A stretch of DNA of 64,000 bases from Eutreptiella sp. 'Long Island Sound 2002' (GCA_964036045.1 OZ038378.1:183954001-184018000), one strand, 5' to 3'. Counted from the stretch's first letter, positions 22,730-36,200 are shown. Numbers and translations: made by a program. Notes: generated by a model from the sequence alone, not told the origin.

Positions 22730-24749
22730 CACTGACCCTTGGGCCTGCCGGCCTGAGCAAGCACTGCAATGTACCCAAAACTCTGCTGGAGGACGAGAGA
22801 GGAAGTGATTGGCATTAGTGTTGGAGGCAGTCTAGAACGTGCACACGTCATGACTGATCACCAACTCCATAATCACAATGACCACAGAAATCCCACCCCC
22901 TGCATGACTGGGTTGTGCGTTGAGGTCGAGGTTGAATGTGAGGCGATATCAAGGGATCTCCTTGCACCCTCAGCGTTGGCGTAATTTGATGGGGAAACAA
23001 AGGCTCACTGTACCGGGGGGGGGGGGGGGCTGTGGATGAGAGGAGAGTGCTTGTCTCACAGCTAGCAATTGCGGCGTTCTGCCACGACCCCGCCAGCGCT
23101 GACAAGCTTTACATTGCTAGACGCTGAGCTTTGGAGGGCGCCCCCCACCGATGGGAAATGTACCACAGGGCCAAAGGGGTAACTCGCGCGCGCAGTGGGT
23201 GGTGGTGGTGGGGGGTGTAATATTACCTTGAAAACACGTTTCTACACAAGAGCCCCCAAGTACCCGTGGCTACACATACCAACACATACGAATACCAACA
23301 CAATACGCACCAATGCATTCTGTGTCGAGAGCACACAGTGTCGCTGCCAGGCCATTGCCCACAGACCATTTGGGGCCCTGGCCAGCCGAGGCCGACCCAT
23401 GCACCCGCCCAAATCAGAAGAAGTTTGCTCAGGGAAAAAAATGAAATTTTACTTCAGAGGCCCGAATCTGGAAACCGATTTTAAGTACACAAGCTTTTTT
23501 GTTGGCGTCTGAGCCCCCCCCCTGTCCGCAGTGTCCATGGACCAACAGCTGGGATGCAAAAAGCGACCGCTTCCGGTCTAGAAACCTCTGGTCCTAGTAA
23601 AGCTACCCCTTGGACTACCGACCTGTCAACGGAGGCAGTCTCACTACCATTACCAATTATTCAGAGCAAAGTTGGAAGCTCGTTCTTGTTTAGGAGACAC
23701 AGCGGCGGTGAGTTCCAAAGGGATATGATAAGTGGGCAAGGCAGTCGAAATTACCCTGTCCCCCCTTGAAATCCCCCCCCCCTAATGTCGTGACGTTTCC
23801 CCCCCACAGGGAGGGGAGGGCGGTCACGAAGTGACGGTTCCGCCGCTGGGGAATTGCACCACACAATGGTAGCACTAAAACTGCAGCAGTTCCAGGGGGA
23901 ATGTTTGCCCGGCGCGCGCCCGGCGCGCTACTTTTCTATTAACTATCCCGACTTCAGCCCCAGATTTACCCTCTCATGGAGAAGCTCCCCAAGTAGACCA
24001 CATTGCACTGCACACCTTCCCTACAAAGCACGGTGCATAATAAAGCAATATCTGTGAATTCGGCAACTCCAACTGACATCTGTATTGTACTTAACAAACA
24101 ACATTGGTCCCACAAGTGTGGGTGTCAATACATTCAGTACAATAGTGCTCCTTATACTCATCACAAACTGCGACGGTGGAGCGCTTCTGGCAACACAACA
24201 CACACACTTCTGCCTCATCCTCTGCCTCATCTTGCGTGCCACAACCAAGCAAACAGCTGCTCAATGCGTGCTCTATACCACCCGTGCACGTCATTGTAAC
24301 ATTGTTGGCGGGCTGTCAAAGTGCCATTCTTTCTTCCAATAAATGGCACAATGACATGAATCCGGCCTTTATAAGCACCATCATGGCACCCAACTTCAAA
24401 ATCAAAGAAATCACCTCGGGTACGAGAAGGTCCATACCCATCCCAAATCAAAGCATCTGCTGATGTCCCGGGGGCCAAGGGGCAAATCCATATAATGTTG
24501 CCCAACATATCAACGGCAACAGTCCATCGGTGGGGCACGGGTCACAAAAGATGCCCGGCGCGCGCCCGGCGCAATAATGTTCCCCTCCAGTATAACCTAA
24601 AGAGGAATTTTCTTCGGCGCTTGGTATTTCCTATGCTTTTGGGGGGAAGTGACAGTCCCCCCCCCAAGGGGGGCAGGGGGGGGGGGGGTATTCGCACGGC
24701 CTAGTCGAATCAGTGCGCGCACGGCGCTTTCCTTATTCTCTTACTGTTC

Positions 24750-26580
24750 TTTTACTTATGGCCTGGAGGATACCGATGAAAAAGCCCTGCCAGCTTACAC
24801 AACACATGCACACACTTGGCAATGAGGCTGTAGATGCGCTTCAGCATGGTGCGTGGACGGCCTCCATCCCTGCAGTTTGAGTCTTTATGTTTGCACCACC
24901 CAACAGCCAATGAATGGCGCAGCTTAAGCACTATTGAAGCTATCACAGGCCCATATCACACCACGGGTCCACCTGACAGACCCACATTAGCCGCCGCACA
25001 GTCTGTGACAGAGGCCCACGCTGCAGGAGTTGGGGTGCGGAACTAAACTGAACCCCCCCCCCCTTTGTGCCTCGGTTTTCAATGTATCTTTTGAATTCAA
25101 CTTAATTTCCACCGGAAGGCCCCACCCAGGAGCTCCAGTGCAAAAAAACTTACTTCCCAGGTAGTATGAAATAATGCTGCAGTGCAATATGCAAGCAGAT
25201 TTTCATGAGCAAAGTTAGTATCTTAATTCTTAGAAAAGGCCGGAGTGGATGCAGTGGGAGCAGCAGGTTGCAATCGTGAGCAGTGGGCCAGACATCGTAC
25301 TGTCATCCATTGGGCTTTACTGCGACCACAAAAAGCATGGCACTGAACACCGGCTGTACCACGCAGCAACCAACCAGCCTTTATGGAACACCCCCCCATT
25401 CTTGGTGGCCAGCTTTTTACAACAAGGCGCGTCTTTTGGAGGGTCGTTCCACACGGTTTGCCTGCCAGCCTCACATGATTTGAAAATGTGCTTGTGGTTC
25501 TACCGAGTGTATGCACAGGCTTCCCCTTATGCCCTGTGCACTGCCCCCCCCGCCCTCCGTCCGTTTGTAGCCATGGCCCTAACCACTGAGGAAGGTGTTG
25601 GACCTGTTGACCCGGGGACGTTTGATGGCCTCTGCCAGCGCTGGCAGCCTTCAGGGTCCGTCATCGCCAGACTGCGAAGTTTGGAGGGTGCCTTGAGGGC
25701 CAGGGTTGGTTTGGTGGGGCGGGGGGAGGTGTGAGCACGCGCGTTTTGCCGGGGCCGCTGGAGGAAAATTTACTCCAGGGGAAGACATTTTGCAAGAAAA
25801 TCACACCGAATGGGCGGCCGTTCCCATTCCTGCCCGACCAGGACGCACGCGCTGGCTCCTCCACACTGTCTGACAATTGCATCTGCGCTTCACAGTGTTG
25901 GGGACGCCTTCAGGCGGGGAAGACAGACACCATAGAGGCTAAGAGAATGAATGTGCAGGTTCCAGTGGCTGTTGCTCTGTATCACGAATCAGTGTCCCAA
26001 GGAGCCTCCAGCAAAACTGTGGCCCTCTTTCAAAAATTCAGAACTGCACGGAGCCTTGCACCTTGTCGTTGACACGTATGGTACCCGCGGAAGAAGCGAA
26101 AAGTGATGTGCCATTGCTGGAGGAAGGCCCTGAACGTCACAGCAAGTAGGACCCAGGAAAAGACACCAGCTTTGCAGTTCAGGTACCACCAGATGTCCTG
26201 AAAGAACAACGAACACGCGCCTAACTCGCCGCTTTCGGGCCCGAATCTACCGAAAAAACGTTCCTGTTGTATCTTGCTGGGAGGATATGCGGCTTGCATT
26301 TTCATCCGCAAAAAAAGCGTGGCCGGCGACCCCAACCAAAGTCGCAGCCACCCATGCAGAACCACATGTACCGAAGCAGAGCCAACACTGCCAAAGGAAA
26401 CGCGAAACTTCCCAAACAAATCAAGAACTGCACAAGCGAAATCGAAGCTACCCAGACCGTTCTGCACACACATATTCGCTTGCATACACGTGTCTTCTGA
26501 CAACATGATACCAAAGGCTGGGGACGGCAGCCGACGAGGACTTGTCGACGATTGGGAAGGGGGAGGACCAGTTATGTGAC
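24750..26580 (+). pseudogene. Degenerate coding remnant, possibly from a LINE
   Basis: HMHTLGNEAVDAL near 24805 resembles the RNase H C-terminal motif. It is followed by interrupted protein-like frames (25249-25734, 25731-26072). Confidence 0.3.
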
Positions 26581-27105
26581 CCGAAGTCAAGACCATTCCC
26601 GTGTGTACCGACAACCACCGCCACTACCTATGTCCCATTACCTTCATCCTTCAGCCCTGAGCTGAGGCACTTTCTTGTGGATCCCTACCAAGCCCGGCGC
26701 TCACCGTAACACTCCCTATCCACCATGGTTCGACGCCTTTTTGTTGGCGCATTACTCCCCGAGCCCACGAGCACCTACCTTCAACCACATACTGCCGGTA
26801 CCCAACTTGTAAGCCAGGCATTCAGACGCACCGGCTCAAGCAACCAAAACCCCGCGACAACACAAAGATGTGCGTCTGCGCAGAATTTGTTTTGCCAAGC
26901 AAATCCTCTGCCCTGTGCCAGCTGTAGTGCAGAATGGCTGTTGCGATATGCTGCCCCAGATCGGCCAAGTCAAATGGGCACTGTGGTCAGGCTACACGAC
27001 AATTGCACGCACTCACACACCAACTTGCATGCCCCGACCCTCCAAGAGTCAGACATGGGCGGGGGTGAGAAGACATACACCGAACATAAAGGGGGCAAGC
27101 GAGCG

Positions 27106-27108
<3 letters not shown>

Positions 27109-27164
<56 letters not shown>
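27109..27164. repeat. (GA)n microsatellite
   Basis: Direct reading. Confidence 0.95.
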
Positions 27165-27167
<3 letters not shown>

Positions 27168-27429
27168 GGCGGGACGAGCAGGCGGGGAGAGAACGAGATG
27201 GGCGGTGCCGGAGGGCCGCTGTGAGGGCTTATCCATCCCCTACCACACGCAGACCCATGCACCGTCTCCACAAAATATGGGATGCAGGACGTGGCCCGCG
27301 CCAACTCAAATTGAAGGTTGAAAGATGGAGGGGAGAGGCCTTATGCAAACTGACAGAAAACATTCGTGTATCTGTGTGTGTGTGTGTGGGCACGCGTGTG
27401 TGTGTGATATCAGTGGAAAGGAAAAGAAC

Positions 27430-28560
27430 CTTTTACTGAGGTGTGCCACTGCCTGCATCTGGGGGACTTCGCATGCACAGGACCAAGCTGCTCTGCGCAA
27501 ACCAAGCAATTGCTCTGTGCCATGTTGGTTGCGCAGCGGCGCGTCCCACCTTCCCGAAAAGAGCTGCCCTTCTCCTTACTTTATACGAACAAGCGGGCCG
27601 GTACGTAGAAACAAACGACACGCAGCGGCGGGCCACACATCAGTTGACAGCACCGCCTCGCCTGCAGCCAGCCCCTCAGACACAACGGGGTGAGACCAAC
27701 GTCCTCCAGGGTAAGATGCCAGATGTCGGCGGTCCTACTGAGGAACACATCAGATATGGGTCATTCCTACTGAGCCCCGGATTGGCCCTGGGCGGGGCGG
27801 TGTGATCGGACATAGCTCGCTCCGGACAATTACACGTGTTCGATCCAGAGGCTAATGGAAAATCAGAATCAAAAGGGTCGACCGTTTCAAGACACACCCA
27901 GTGGCCAGATCAAGAGTGTATGCAGAAGAAGGGTGTGGTTGGTAAGCACCGTACTGAGGAGGGCGTTTTGGGCGTGCAGCACTGGCCGTTAAGTCCCTAG
28001 AGCAGCTGCCCCGCGGCGATCCCTCCCCCAGGACTTCGCCCAGGCCTTGATCTCAAAATCTCCCCCGGCAACCCTAACCGAAACGCAGACCACACGGAGC
28101 TCCAGCCTTTGACAGTGTGGGAGGTCGAGGTGAAGCTCAAAATGGGGTGCTGCGGATGGTGCGTCGTGTCGAACATGTTTCTGAGGAACATTTCGGTGAC
28201 CAAACTCTGACCCTTCCCCTGACTCAGCCCTGCTCGTAATTCCCAGTTCCGTGCCCCGGGCCACGGCGCTGTCCTGCCCTTGTGTTTGTTCCTGCCCATG
28301 CCAGTCTGACCCTCCTGCGCAACTGCAGTCGCATGGAGACAAAGTCCGGCTGCCAAAAAAGGCGCCCGGCCAACCAAATGGGATCAAGCGTCACCAAGGC
28401 AACCAACTGCGGTCGACGGCGCCGGTAGTGATTACCGCGGCGGGACAAGGCCCAAACAGTGTTGACCAACGACACTTCGAGGGGAGTCCGACAAAAGCGA
28501 CAGCCCAAAGGGCCCAGGAGGGGGAGGGCATTGAGTGGGGCTCAGTCTCATAAGCGAGTG
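27430..28560 (-). mobile_element. Penelope-like element remnant (RT core and linker)
   Basis: WALSRRG...IPFGWPG resembles the PLE QxxGxxxG motif, and FVSTYRP resembles the PLE linker FVTTYHP. Multiple frameshifts. Confidence 0.4.
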
Positions 28561-28881
28561 GCACAAAAGTGAACACATCGATTCCTATTCAATGATATTC
28601 AATGATAATTGAATTAGCTCTCCGTGAGACCACCACAAGCCCTGGACTGGAGAACTGGAGAGTATTGCAGTTCAGACAATGAACGAGAGAGATTTCCTAA
28701 ATTGCAATGAGTTTTGGCATCAGAGCCAGGGAGAAATTAATCGACAGAAAATGAGAATCGAAACTGAAATGTTCACTTTTGCGCGCGTTGAGTTTGCCCC
28801 CTCCCTCCCCCTATCAGATGGGGGCCCGGGCAGAGGTTGCGGAAGGTTTGGGGGGACCCTCTCAAATTGTCATTTCTGGAC

Positions 28882-29169
28882 CTAATCGGACCCATACACC
28901 GACTCCAGCAGCTTGATGCCCTCCTCGGCCTCATTCTTATGGGGCCACTCCCCGGAATCGTCCTCTTCAGCCTCGGCCCAGTGCAGGTATTCCTTGAGGC
29001 GTTGCATCCGCTTGGGGTGCATCAGAGGCAGCACTTGAGACTCCCACCAGATGCACTCCCACAATGTGTGCTCAATCTCCGACACTGCGGAGCTCCATTC
29101 CTCGCCCTCACGGTCACCATTGAGGAAGGCAGACAGGGAATCAGCCATCCAGCCCCGCACTCTGTGGAC
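28882..29169 (-). CDS. Terminal exon of an unidentified gene (95 aa)
   Basis: Acceptor tttcactgtag, 288 nt to TAG, GC3-biased, protein-like (VHRVRGWMADSL...LLESVYGSD). Confidence 0.6.
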   Translation of the reverse strand, partial: VHRVRGWMADSLSAFLNGDREGEEWSSAVSEIEHTLWECIWWESQVLPLMHPKRMQRLKEYLHWAEAEEDDSGEWPHKNEAEEGIKLLESVYGSD

Positions 29170-29839
29170 CTACAGTGAAAGACATCATGTTTTCCGCACG
29201 AGGCAAACAAACATACCGCAATATTATTGCGGTGTTGCAATAACCATGCCCCAGCCCCTTCCTCCCCACCTACCAGGTGCGCTTTGGCAGGGGGCTCGGG
29301 TAACACCCCCCCCCCCATTTGGGTCGAGAAACACAAAGAAAAAAGGTTTTTAGGACTGGATAGAGCAGTAGGAAGGCTGGCTGAGGGAGAAACGGTGGAA
29401 AAATCGGGTATGATATTACTGTTGGTAGGATCCCTACCAGAATACTAAAAAAACGAATAGGTAAAAATAGGATCCACACCCTTGAAGGTACCCCAAATTC
29501 GGGTTTGGTCACTATAAAAATGAACAAGACTAAAATGAAATACTTCCAATTACTCCCAAATACTATGTCATTAGGTGTATACAGGGTAGTGGCTACTTTT
29601 CTGGTAAAATGGTTATTTTTGGTACTCTGTTCAGTTTCCTACTAGCAGTGCTTTGCCCTATTTTCAGACCTTCCTACCCCTTGTTAGGCCCCAATCTTCT
29701 ATCCAAATCATGTAAAGGGCTTCGAGAACGTGTATTTTCTGAGTCCTTAAGCTCGAAAACAGGGGAGGGGGGGTCCTCATTTGTCTAAAAAATCCAACTG
29801 CAAGTGGGGATGGTGGGGGGGGGGGGATGATTAGAATAT

Positions 29840-30714
29840 CTCTCGGGGACGACCCCGTTCCTGCCAACTTTCTGGGTTTTCGCGGGTTGGCGACCTTGTT
29901 GCCTCATTTTTGCCAACTGAGTGTTCCGGAGGTAGGGGTATGTGGGGCATATCCGGAAAGCCCTTGAAAAGGGCTATTTGGAACACCGTTGTGCGGAATA
30001 AACAACGCTTCGTCAGAAAACTGAGAATCCTGAAACGGACCGACTTTTGGAACGTGTACAAGTGGCTGGCAGGCGCATACAGGTCGTCAGCCAGCCACAC
30101 AGACCATCAACAGCAACCTGTGTTGATCCGAGACGATAAAGTTAAATGGCTGGATTTTGGCAGCACACCTGACCCAGTGAATCTGCAGCCCCATCCTGGT
30201 TATGTATGGCTGAAATCAGGATACAGTGAGGCGATTCCCTGGCGCAAGGTGGGGTTGATCAAACAACGAAACGTGAACCTCACAACCGATGGCCTGTGGG
30301 CCATGCCCCTTAACGAGGGTTGGGTGCCAGTGAAAGCACGGAGGTTGCAGGATTGGCAAAAATTGAAGAAATATGTCCCTGTCCACAAACAGGGGGATGT
30401 CTGCCCTAATGGGGTCACCGCCCTGCCTGAAAAAAGCAATGCTGACAGTGACAGTGATTCTGAATAAAAATGGATAAACGGTGCAGTGCCGTGTTTGTGT
30501 GCACCGTCCTATGTGTTGTGCTGCCCTGAAAAATGTCAAGCCCTCCCCCCCAAACCCATACATTTCTGAAACGGCGTTTTCTTGCACATTTCAAAAAGTA
30601 TACACATACCCCCCCCCAGGTGACGACATGTTTGCACACAGAAGCAAAAGTTGTAGAAAGTGCCGAAAAGTGCCAAAACCCAGAAAGTTGGCAGGTTCTG
30701 AATGTCCCCGAGAG
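29840..30714 (+). mobile_element. Internally deleted Sola-like DNA transposon (875 bp)
   Basis: Bipartite TIR CTCTCGGGGAC...CCTGCCAACTTTCTGGGTTTT at both ends. 4-bp ATAT duplication at 29836-39 and 30715-18. Contains a transposase C-terminal fragment. Confidence 0.75.
29910..30467 (+). pseudogene. Transposase C-terminal fragment (185 aa)
   Basis: DFWNVYKWL...KWLDF...PGYVWLK...PVKARRLQDWQKLKKYVP resembles the KxxDLxxL..YIP end of Sola-type transposases. No DDE residues remain. Confidence 0.6.
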
Positions 30715-30837
30715 ATATGCCATGTAAATAAGGAAGGCAAATACTATCCTGAGGGCTTGGACGGCTCCTTTGTATAATATCAATCACTTGATGGGTGCTT
30801 GATATTAATACGTCCGCTTTTGGCTGCAGAATAAAGG

Positions 30838-31065
30838 GTGCGCAGTGCGCTGTGTGCAAAGTGCAGAGTGCACATTGTGCAGTGTACAAGGTGCGCAGCG
30901 TACAATATGCGAAGTGCAGAGGCAGAGTGTGTAGTGTGCAGAGTATGCGGTGTACGGTGTACGGTGTGCCAAGTGCGCAATGCGTAGTCAGCAGGGATAC
31001 ACAGGGTGCAGACCAGGCAATACGCAATGCGCAGAGTGCGCGGTGCGCAGATCGTGCTGTGCGCA
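30838..31065. repeat. Degenerate 7-bp simple repeat (GTGCA/GTGCG-based)
   Basis: Direct reading: gtgcgca gtgcgct gtgtgca aagtgca gagtgca ... Confidence 0.75.
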
Positions 31066-31247
31066 GACACCTGCATGCAAACCTTGCCCCCCACTGCCTG
31101 ACTCCAAGTCGCCCCCGTCCCTCAGCGACCCTATCTGCAACACACCCTCCAGTGACCCCTGTCCAAGGGCCAGAACCCCAAAAAGCCCCGGAGCTGCTCA
31201 ATCAACAAGGATAGCCTCACGGATTTGGGGTCTTTAGCCCAGCTCAC

Positions 31248-31359
31248 CGCGAGGGTCTCGCATTTCGAGAACCCCTCCTCCATCCCCTCCATCTTCTCAC
31301 CCGCGCCAGCATTGTCACACGCAGTCAGCACTGCGTCGGACTCGGGGGGATTCGTGCAC
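31248..31359 (-). CDS. Candidate internal exon upstream of the 29169 exon
   Basis: Acceptor gcgaatag and a strong phase-0 donor gcg|gtgagc, compatible with the phase-0 acceptor at 29169. Upstream exons are not resolved. Confidence 0.4.
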
Positions 31360-31940
31360 CTATTCGCACCAGAGGAAGGAGCCAGGCATAACATGCATCG
31401 CACGAGGGAATGCAGGTATACGAACGGCATGGAGTGACGGCAGAGGTTGGCAGACCTGCATGTGGCACCCAGCTCGAAATATGAGTTTGGGCCTTCAGGC
31501 GTTCATGTGTATTGGAAGAACCCTGGAAAACCCTCAAAATGTCAGTGCGGGCCTTCATGCGGCTTGGAGCCACCCTGGGAAACCCGACACTTCCACTCTC
31601 GATACCGCCAGTCTATACCCATATTGTTTACTGCCAGTCACATCACTGGCAGCTGGCCAGCATACTGTTGCCCACCCACCCCCTGCAGTGGTGCCCTCGC
31701 ACATCCTGGGACCACATCGGACCCGTCCGTACCCTTCAGAAACAGCACCCCAGTACATTGCCCATGCACCCTGACCTGTCCAACAAACAATCAATCACAG
31801 AGGGCCTGTGACAGACAAACAGCTGACGCAGGGTGGGTGGGTGGGTGGGTGGGGGAGCAGCCCCGTTGTCTGTGGACACTGTCTGCTACAAGTAGTCACA
31901 GTCTGCTAATGATAGACACTATCGGCATGGTTTTGTTGTT

Positions 31941-32404
31941 GTGGCGCGGAGAAAACCGCAGGGGGGGGGGGTGCGGGAAGTGGCGCAGGTTAACGGGGTT
32001 TGGTGTGTGTGTGGGGGGGGGGGGGGGTGCAAGGTTGGGACAAAGCCCTCAGATGTTGCTGCCCTCCTGGCAGTTGGCAGCGTCCGTCGACTTCTCTCCA
32101 CGCACGAAGACCCACCAAGCCGCTGTGTTGTGTGGAGGGAGGGGGGGGGGTTGGCGCACAAAGCGCACGGGCACCGGGGGCGCCGTTGGCGACAGCGGTG
32201 CAACCGCGGCGCCTGTAGCACGACGCTGCGACTCTGCAACGCCCTGTGGGGGTGCCCGCCCCCCCCTCCCCCCGCAGATGACCCTGGGCTGCCATCCGGC
32301 CGAGTGGCGCCAGCCGTTGCATTAAGGCGCCCTGCAGCGGGCCGCTCTCGTGGGCCGCACGCTGCACGCAGCCTAGGGCGGCGGCGGCGGTTTTCGCCGC
32401 GCAC
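31941..32404. mobile_element. Probable MITE
   Basis: Imperfect TIR: GTGGCGCGGAGAAAACCGC versus the reverse complement of GCGGTTTTCGCCGCGCAC. The internal segment 32040-32170 resembles 39294-39380. Confidence 0.4.
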
Positions 32405-33699
32405 CACTGCCCCGGTGCATGTGCAAGGCAGCAGCTGCATGGCGCCTACTGTAAAGTCACTGTTACAAGTAGCGCCCTACGGAGATCGCAATTCCTGACT
32501 TGGGCTGCCCCCTACTAAGAGGTCCTCCCCCATACACAACTCTCAAAACCCGATTTCGGGGCACTTTGATGGTCCCGGCAATAGAAATCCGAGGCCCGGT
32601 GTGGCGCGGCGCAGCCACGGAAACCGCCCCCTACGGCACCCGGGTGTCCCCTACGCGACTGGCAAAACGCCAAAATCCCTCCAAATCCTACCCCCCCCTA
32701 CGCCGCTGCGCTCCCTACGTGTAACAGTACCGTGGCGTGTCTGCTGCAGGGCTGCGCTGCACCGGCGTCAGCATCTCAATCCCGAGCATCTCCCTCTTGT
32801 GTGACGTACGCACGGAGCACCTGCCCTGGGACGCCGCGGAGCCGGGCAAGGAGGGTTTTGGCGCACGCGAGGCGTGCGGCCGTGCTCAGTGTACGCCCGC
32901 CCCGACGCGGCGCACGATTCTAGCGAAACACTCGATGCAGTCGGAACGGAGTGTGCACGCGCGTAGGAACGTTCTCCATTCGTGCACACGGGTGAAGCGG
33001 GCGCATGCACGCACAGGGCCCACATGCGTGCGTGCACACACATGCGCACAAGTGTAATGCAGCACTGAGAAAAAAATACAGTCAAGGAGACGCCTGCGCG
33101 GAGGCGGGGCAGCGTGCGAATACTGCGCGTGATCCGTCGGCAAGGAGCCCAAGGGCTTGATGTCCGTGGTCACGTGAGGATGGAACCTCCGTCATTGTTT
33201 GGCGGGGCAGGAATCGTTTCACTCGGAACACACGCACACGCACACGCACGACTGTACGCGACGCATGTACGCGTGCGCGCACACACGCACCTGTTACAAC
33301 TGCAATTCAACTTATGATGCTCTTCGAGAAACTGTTTCCGTTGCGGAGTGGGCATGTATAACAGTTCATCTCCTTCAAAACAGATCAGCACCTACAGCAG
33401 GGCATTGCGACGATGGTACACATGAGGGCGGGGGTTGAAGGGCCTGCCTCGCCAAACTGCTATCAGAATCGGTGTCCGTGCGCCCCCTTTCCTCTCCACA
33501 TGCGTCCTTGTTGATACCATGCTGCAGATATGGCACGGGAAAACCAACAATGCCCTTTGGTCCTCCTGTGTGAAAACATGCTTTCTCACCAGTCTTCGGC
33601 CACCCTGAACCTAAATGCCTACCCTCAACCTCAAAGTCGTGCCTCACACCTCTTCCCCTTTGGGGATATCTTCGATGGCATAGACAACGTGGGAAGGGC

Positions 33700-35352
33700 C
33701 ATCCGGCGTACTTTTCGTTAAGATGGCGGCGTTTGGCATGCATGAGTGGTCCAAGTAAGAGGTGTGTAAAAACAGAAGAAGCTTCTCTTGCCCCTCAGAA
33801 ACAGTGCCGATGGAGGCATTGGCTTGTACCTAATAATGTAAAAATAAAACTCGCAGCTTTGGAGGTGGATGGACATTTGGCAGAAGTACCTGCAGCAATT
33901 CGTCAACGCGTCGCAGTTTACTTAGACCTTGTTGTGAATGACAGCTTGTGAAGCCTCCCCATGCATGTTCTTGTTTTGCTGACTCGCAATGTTCCATCAC
34001 GTCAAGTTAAACCGTATATGCGAAACATCCGCAAAAACGCCCCTGGGTGGGAGCAAATAGACTGTTCAACCAAATCCCGAAAAGAAAATCTGGAACCCAA
34101 GTTAAGGATGCTTGCAGGTGACACCAATATCCAGCTGTTTGCAACGCAGCGACGTTGCGCTGCCTAACCACCATAACTTCCAGGGTGTTTGGTCTCAAGA
34201 TGGAGAAACAACTTAAATAATGAGGCAAAACATATTGTGGGAACCGTAGCGGCTCCACAACAGCCTTTTCGACACACCATGGAGGGAATTTTCCGCCCAG
34301 GCAGTTCACAGCAAAAACTGCTGTGCTGGCCCTGCCTCTGGAAGAGAAAACTCGCCGTGCTTTGTGAAGCAGATGAAAGCTCAAAAAAGGATTGCACATG
34401 TCCATGTGTGTGTAAAAAAGCCGCTGCTCCACTGGCTAGTCCCACAAAATGCTGGCAATGTTCTCCCGAGAAATTAGGAAGAACTCCAGTGGCTTGCCCA
34501 TGTCACGATGAGAATCCACAAGAGGAAGAATCAGCGCGAACTTTTTCTAAAGATTCGGTATGACAAAGGGCCAGTGAGTGGCCCCCCAGAGGGTATCCGA
34601 GGGCAACACTTCCAAGATGAATGCTGAACCGACCTAATGGCGCGCCGTGGGCGCAACCAAGGAGTCTGATTCCCGTTTCGCTCACCGACAATGGAATGCC
34701 GCATTGTCGAAAATAAAATGAAAGCAACCCGCACATTCCACGAACAGCTCACTAACGATAACACACGGGCCCGCAGCCCCAGGCCCTTGTCTGCCAACTC
34801 TGGGGAGGCCACATAGGTATACAGCTTGGGGGATGAGGACAAGTGCATGAGGGCCCGCCAACGACTCGACCCAAAATCCTTCATGGCTCAGGATAGCCCA
34901 GGTCCAAAAACGATGCAATCCGAAGCCAGGCGAGGGACAAGACAATATGGGCCGCAACAAGCCCAAGACACAATGGGCTGCAGCAAGCCCAAGCACCCAC
35001 ACAACACCCGCATCAAATCCACACATCCATGCTTAATTCCTCTTGGCGGCAGCTCTCTTGCCTTTGCCAGATCCAACAGTTGAAGCCTTGGAGGGATTTT
35101 GGCCAAAAGTGGTTGGAGCTTTGAAGGTATTTTTGGGACCCTCCCTTCAGGTGCACAGGCGGCTGGATGGGCACAGGCGTTTTAGTGCCCGTGGGAGATC
35201 AAATGACTGTTGAACCTCTAGACACCCTCCTTCAGACGAGCATCGCCTGTTGGTAGCATCGCCTGTTGGTAGCTCTTGCATGCCTCAACAGGTGCTTTGG
35301 TTGTGTGTTGAGGAGGCACAATAACATCCGTGGGCTCACCTCTGTATGCGTC
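33700..35352 (+). mobile_element. Old degenerate LINE 3' portion ending at a (TGTTG)n tract
   Basis: Broken frames include EARRGTRQY and WAQAF..NLxTPSF, echoing YEARWGVNF and WAAALRTPSM of the younger copies at 38-43 kb. Confidence 0.45.
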
Positions 35353-35527
35353 GTGTTGTGTTATGTTATGTTGTGTTGTGTTGTGTTGTGTTGTGTTGTG
35401 TTGTGTTGTGTTGTGTTGTGTTGTGTTGTGTTGTGTTGTGTTGTGTTGTGTTGTGTTGTGTTGTGTTGTGTTGTGTTGTGTTGTGTTGTGTTGTGTTGTG
35501 CTGTGCTATGCTGTGGTATGATGTGTT
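35353..35527. repeat. (TGTTG)n microsatellite
   Basis: Direct reading: about 30 near-perfect units, degenerate at the right edge. Confidence 0.97.
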
Positions 35528-35594
35528 GGCAGTGGTGGCAGGCCGCTGCCTTTCCACCTGGGATGCCGCCAACAGGGGAGCTTGGACACCGCGT

Positions 35595-36200
35595 GAATTA
35601 AGGGGAGGCCCCCCACTTCACGGTCCCGAGTCCGTGGGGGGCATCACCCCCCCTACGATTACACCAACGGGGAAGATCGAGTATCCATGAAATAAGGGGC
35701 GCCCCCCAGGACTTTGGTGGATAAGGAAATTTGGGCCATCCGTGAAAGAAGGGGAGGCCCCCCGGGCCACGGGTCCCTTTTTTGGGAGCCAGCGCCGCGG
35801 CCGGGGAAAGGGCCAAAGTCCACCGCTACGGTGCTAACTGCGCCGAGGCAATGGCACCTACCCCGCGCTCTGCGGATGAGGAAGTTTGAGTCTCCGTGAA
35901 AGAAGGGGAGGCCCCCCAGGCCACGGGTCCACGTCCGCGGGGGGCGCCGTCCCCCCCAGTGTCCCGGTGGATAAGGAAATTTGGACAATCCGTGAAAGAA
36001 GGGGAGGCCCCTAGGCCACGGGTTTATATCCGTGGGGGGCGCCATCCCCTCCGGTGCCTCCACGGATACAGAAGATTGGAGATACCGAGAAAGAAGGGGA
36101 GGCCCCCCAAGGCACTTGCCCGTGTCAGCATGTTACGGTACAAGGGGAGGCCCCCCAAGGCACTTGCCCGTGTCAGCATGTTATGGTACGGTATAGATGG
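35595..36200. repeat. About 7 dispersed modules with core AAG(G)GGAGGCCCCC
   Basis: Copies near 35600, 35692, 35748, 35902, 35998, 36092 and 36142. The last two share AAGGCACTTGCCCGTGTCAGCATGTTA. Confidence 0.8.

Noticed and set aside
31919-32440. Possible first exon of the 29-33 kb gene
   Set aside because: It lies within a TIR-bounded GC-rich repeat that is open in most frames.
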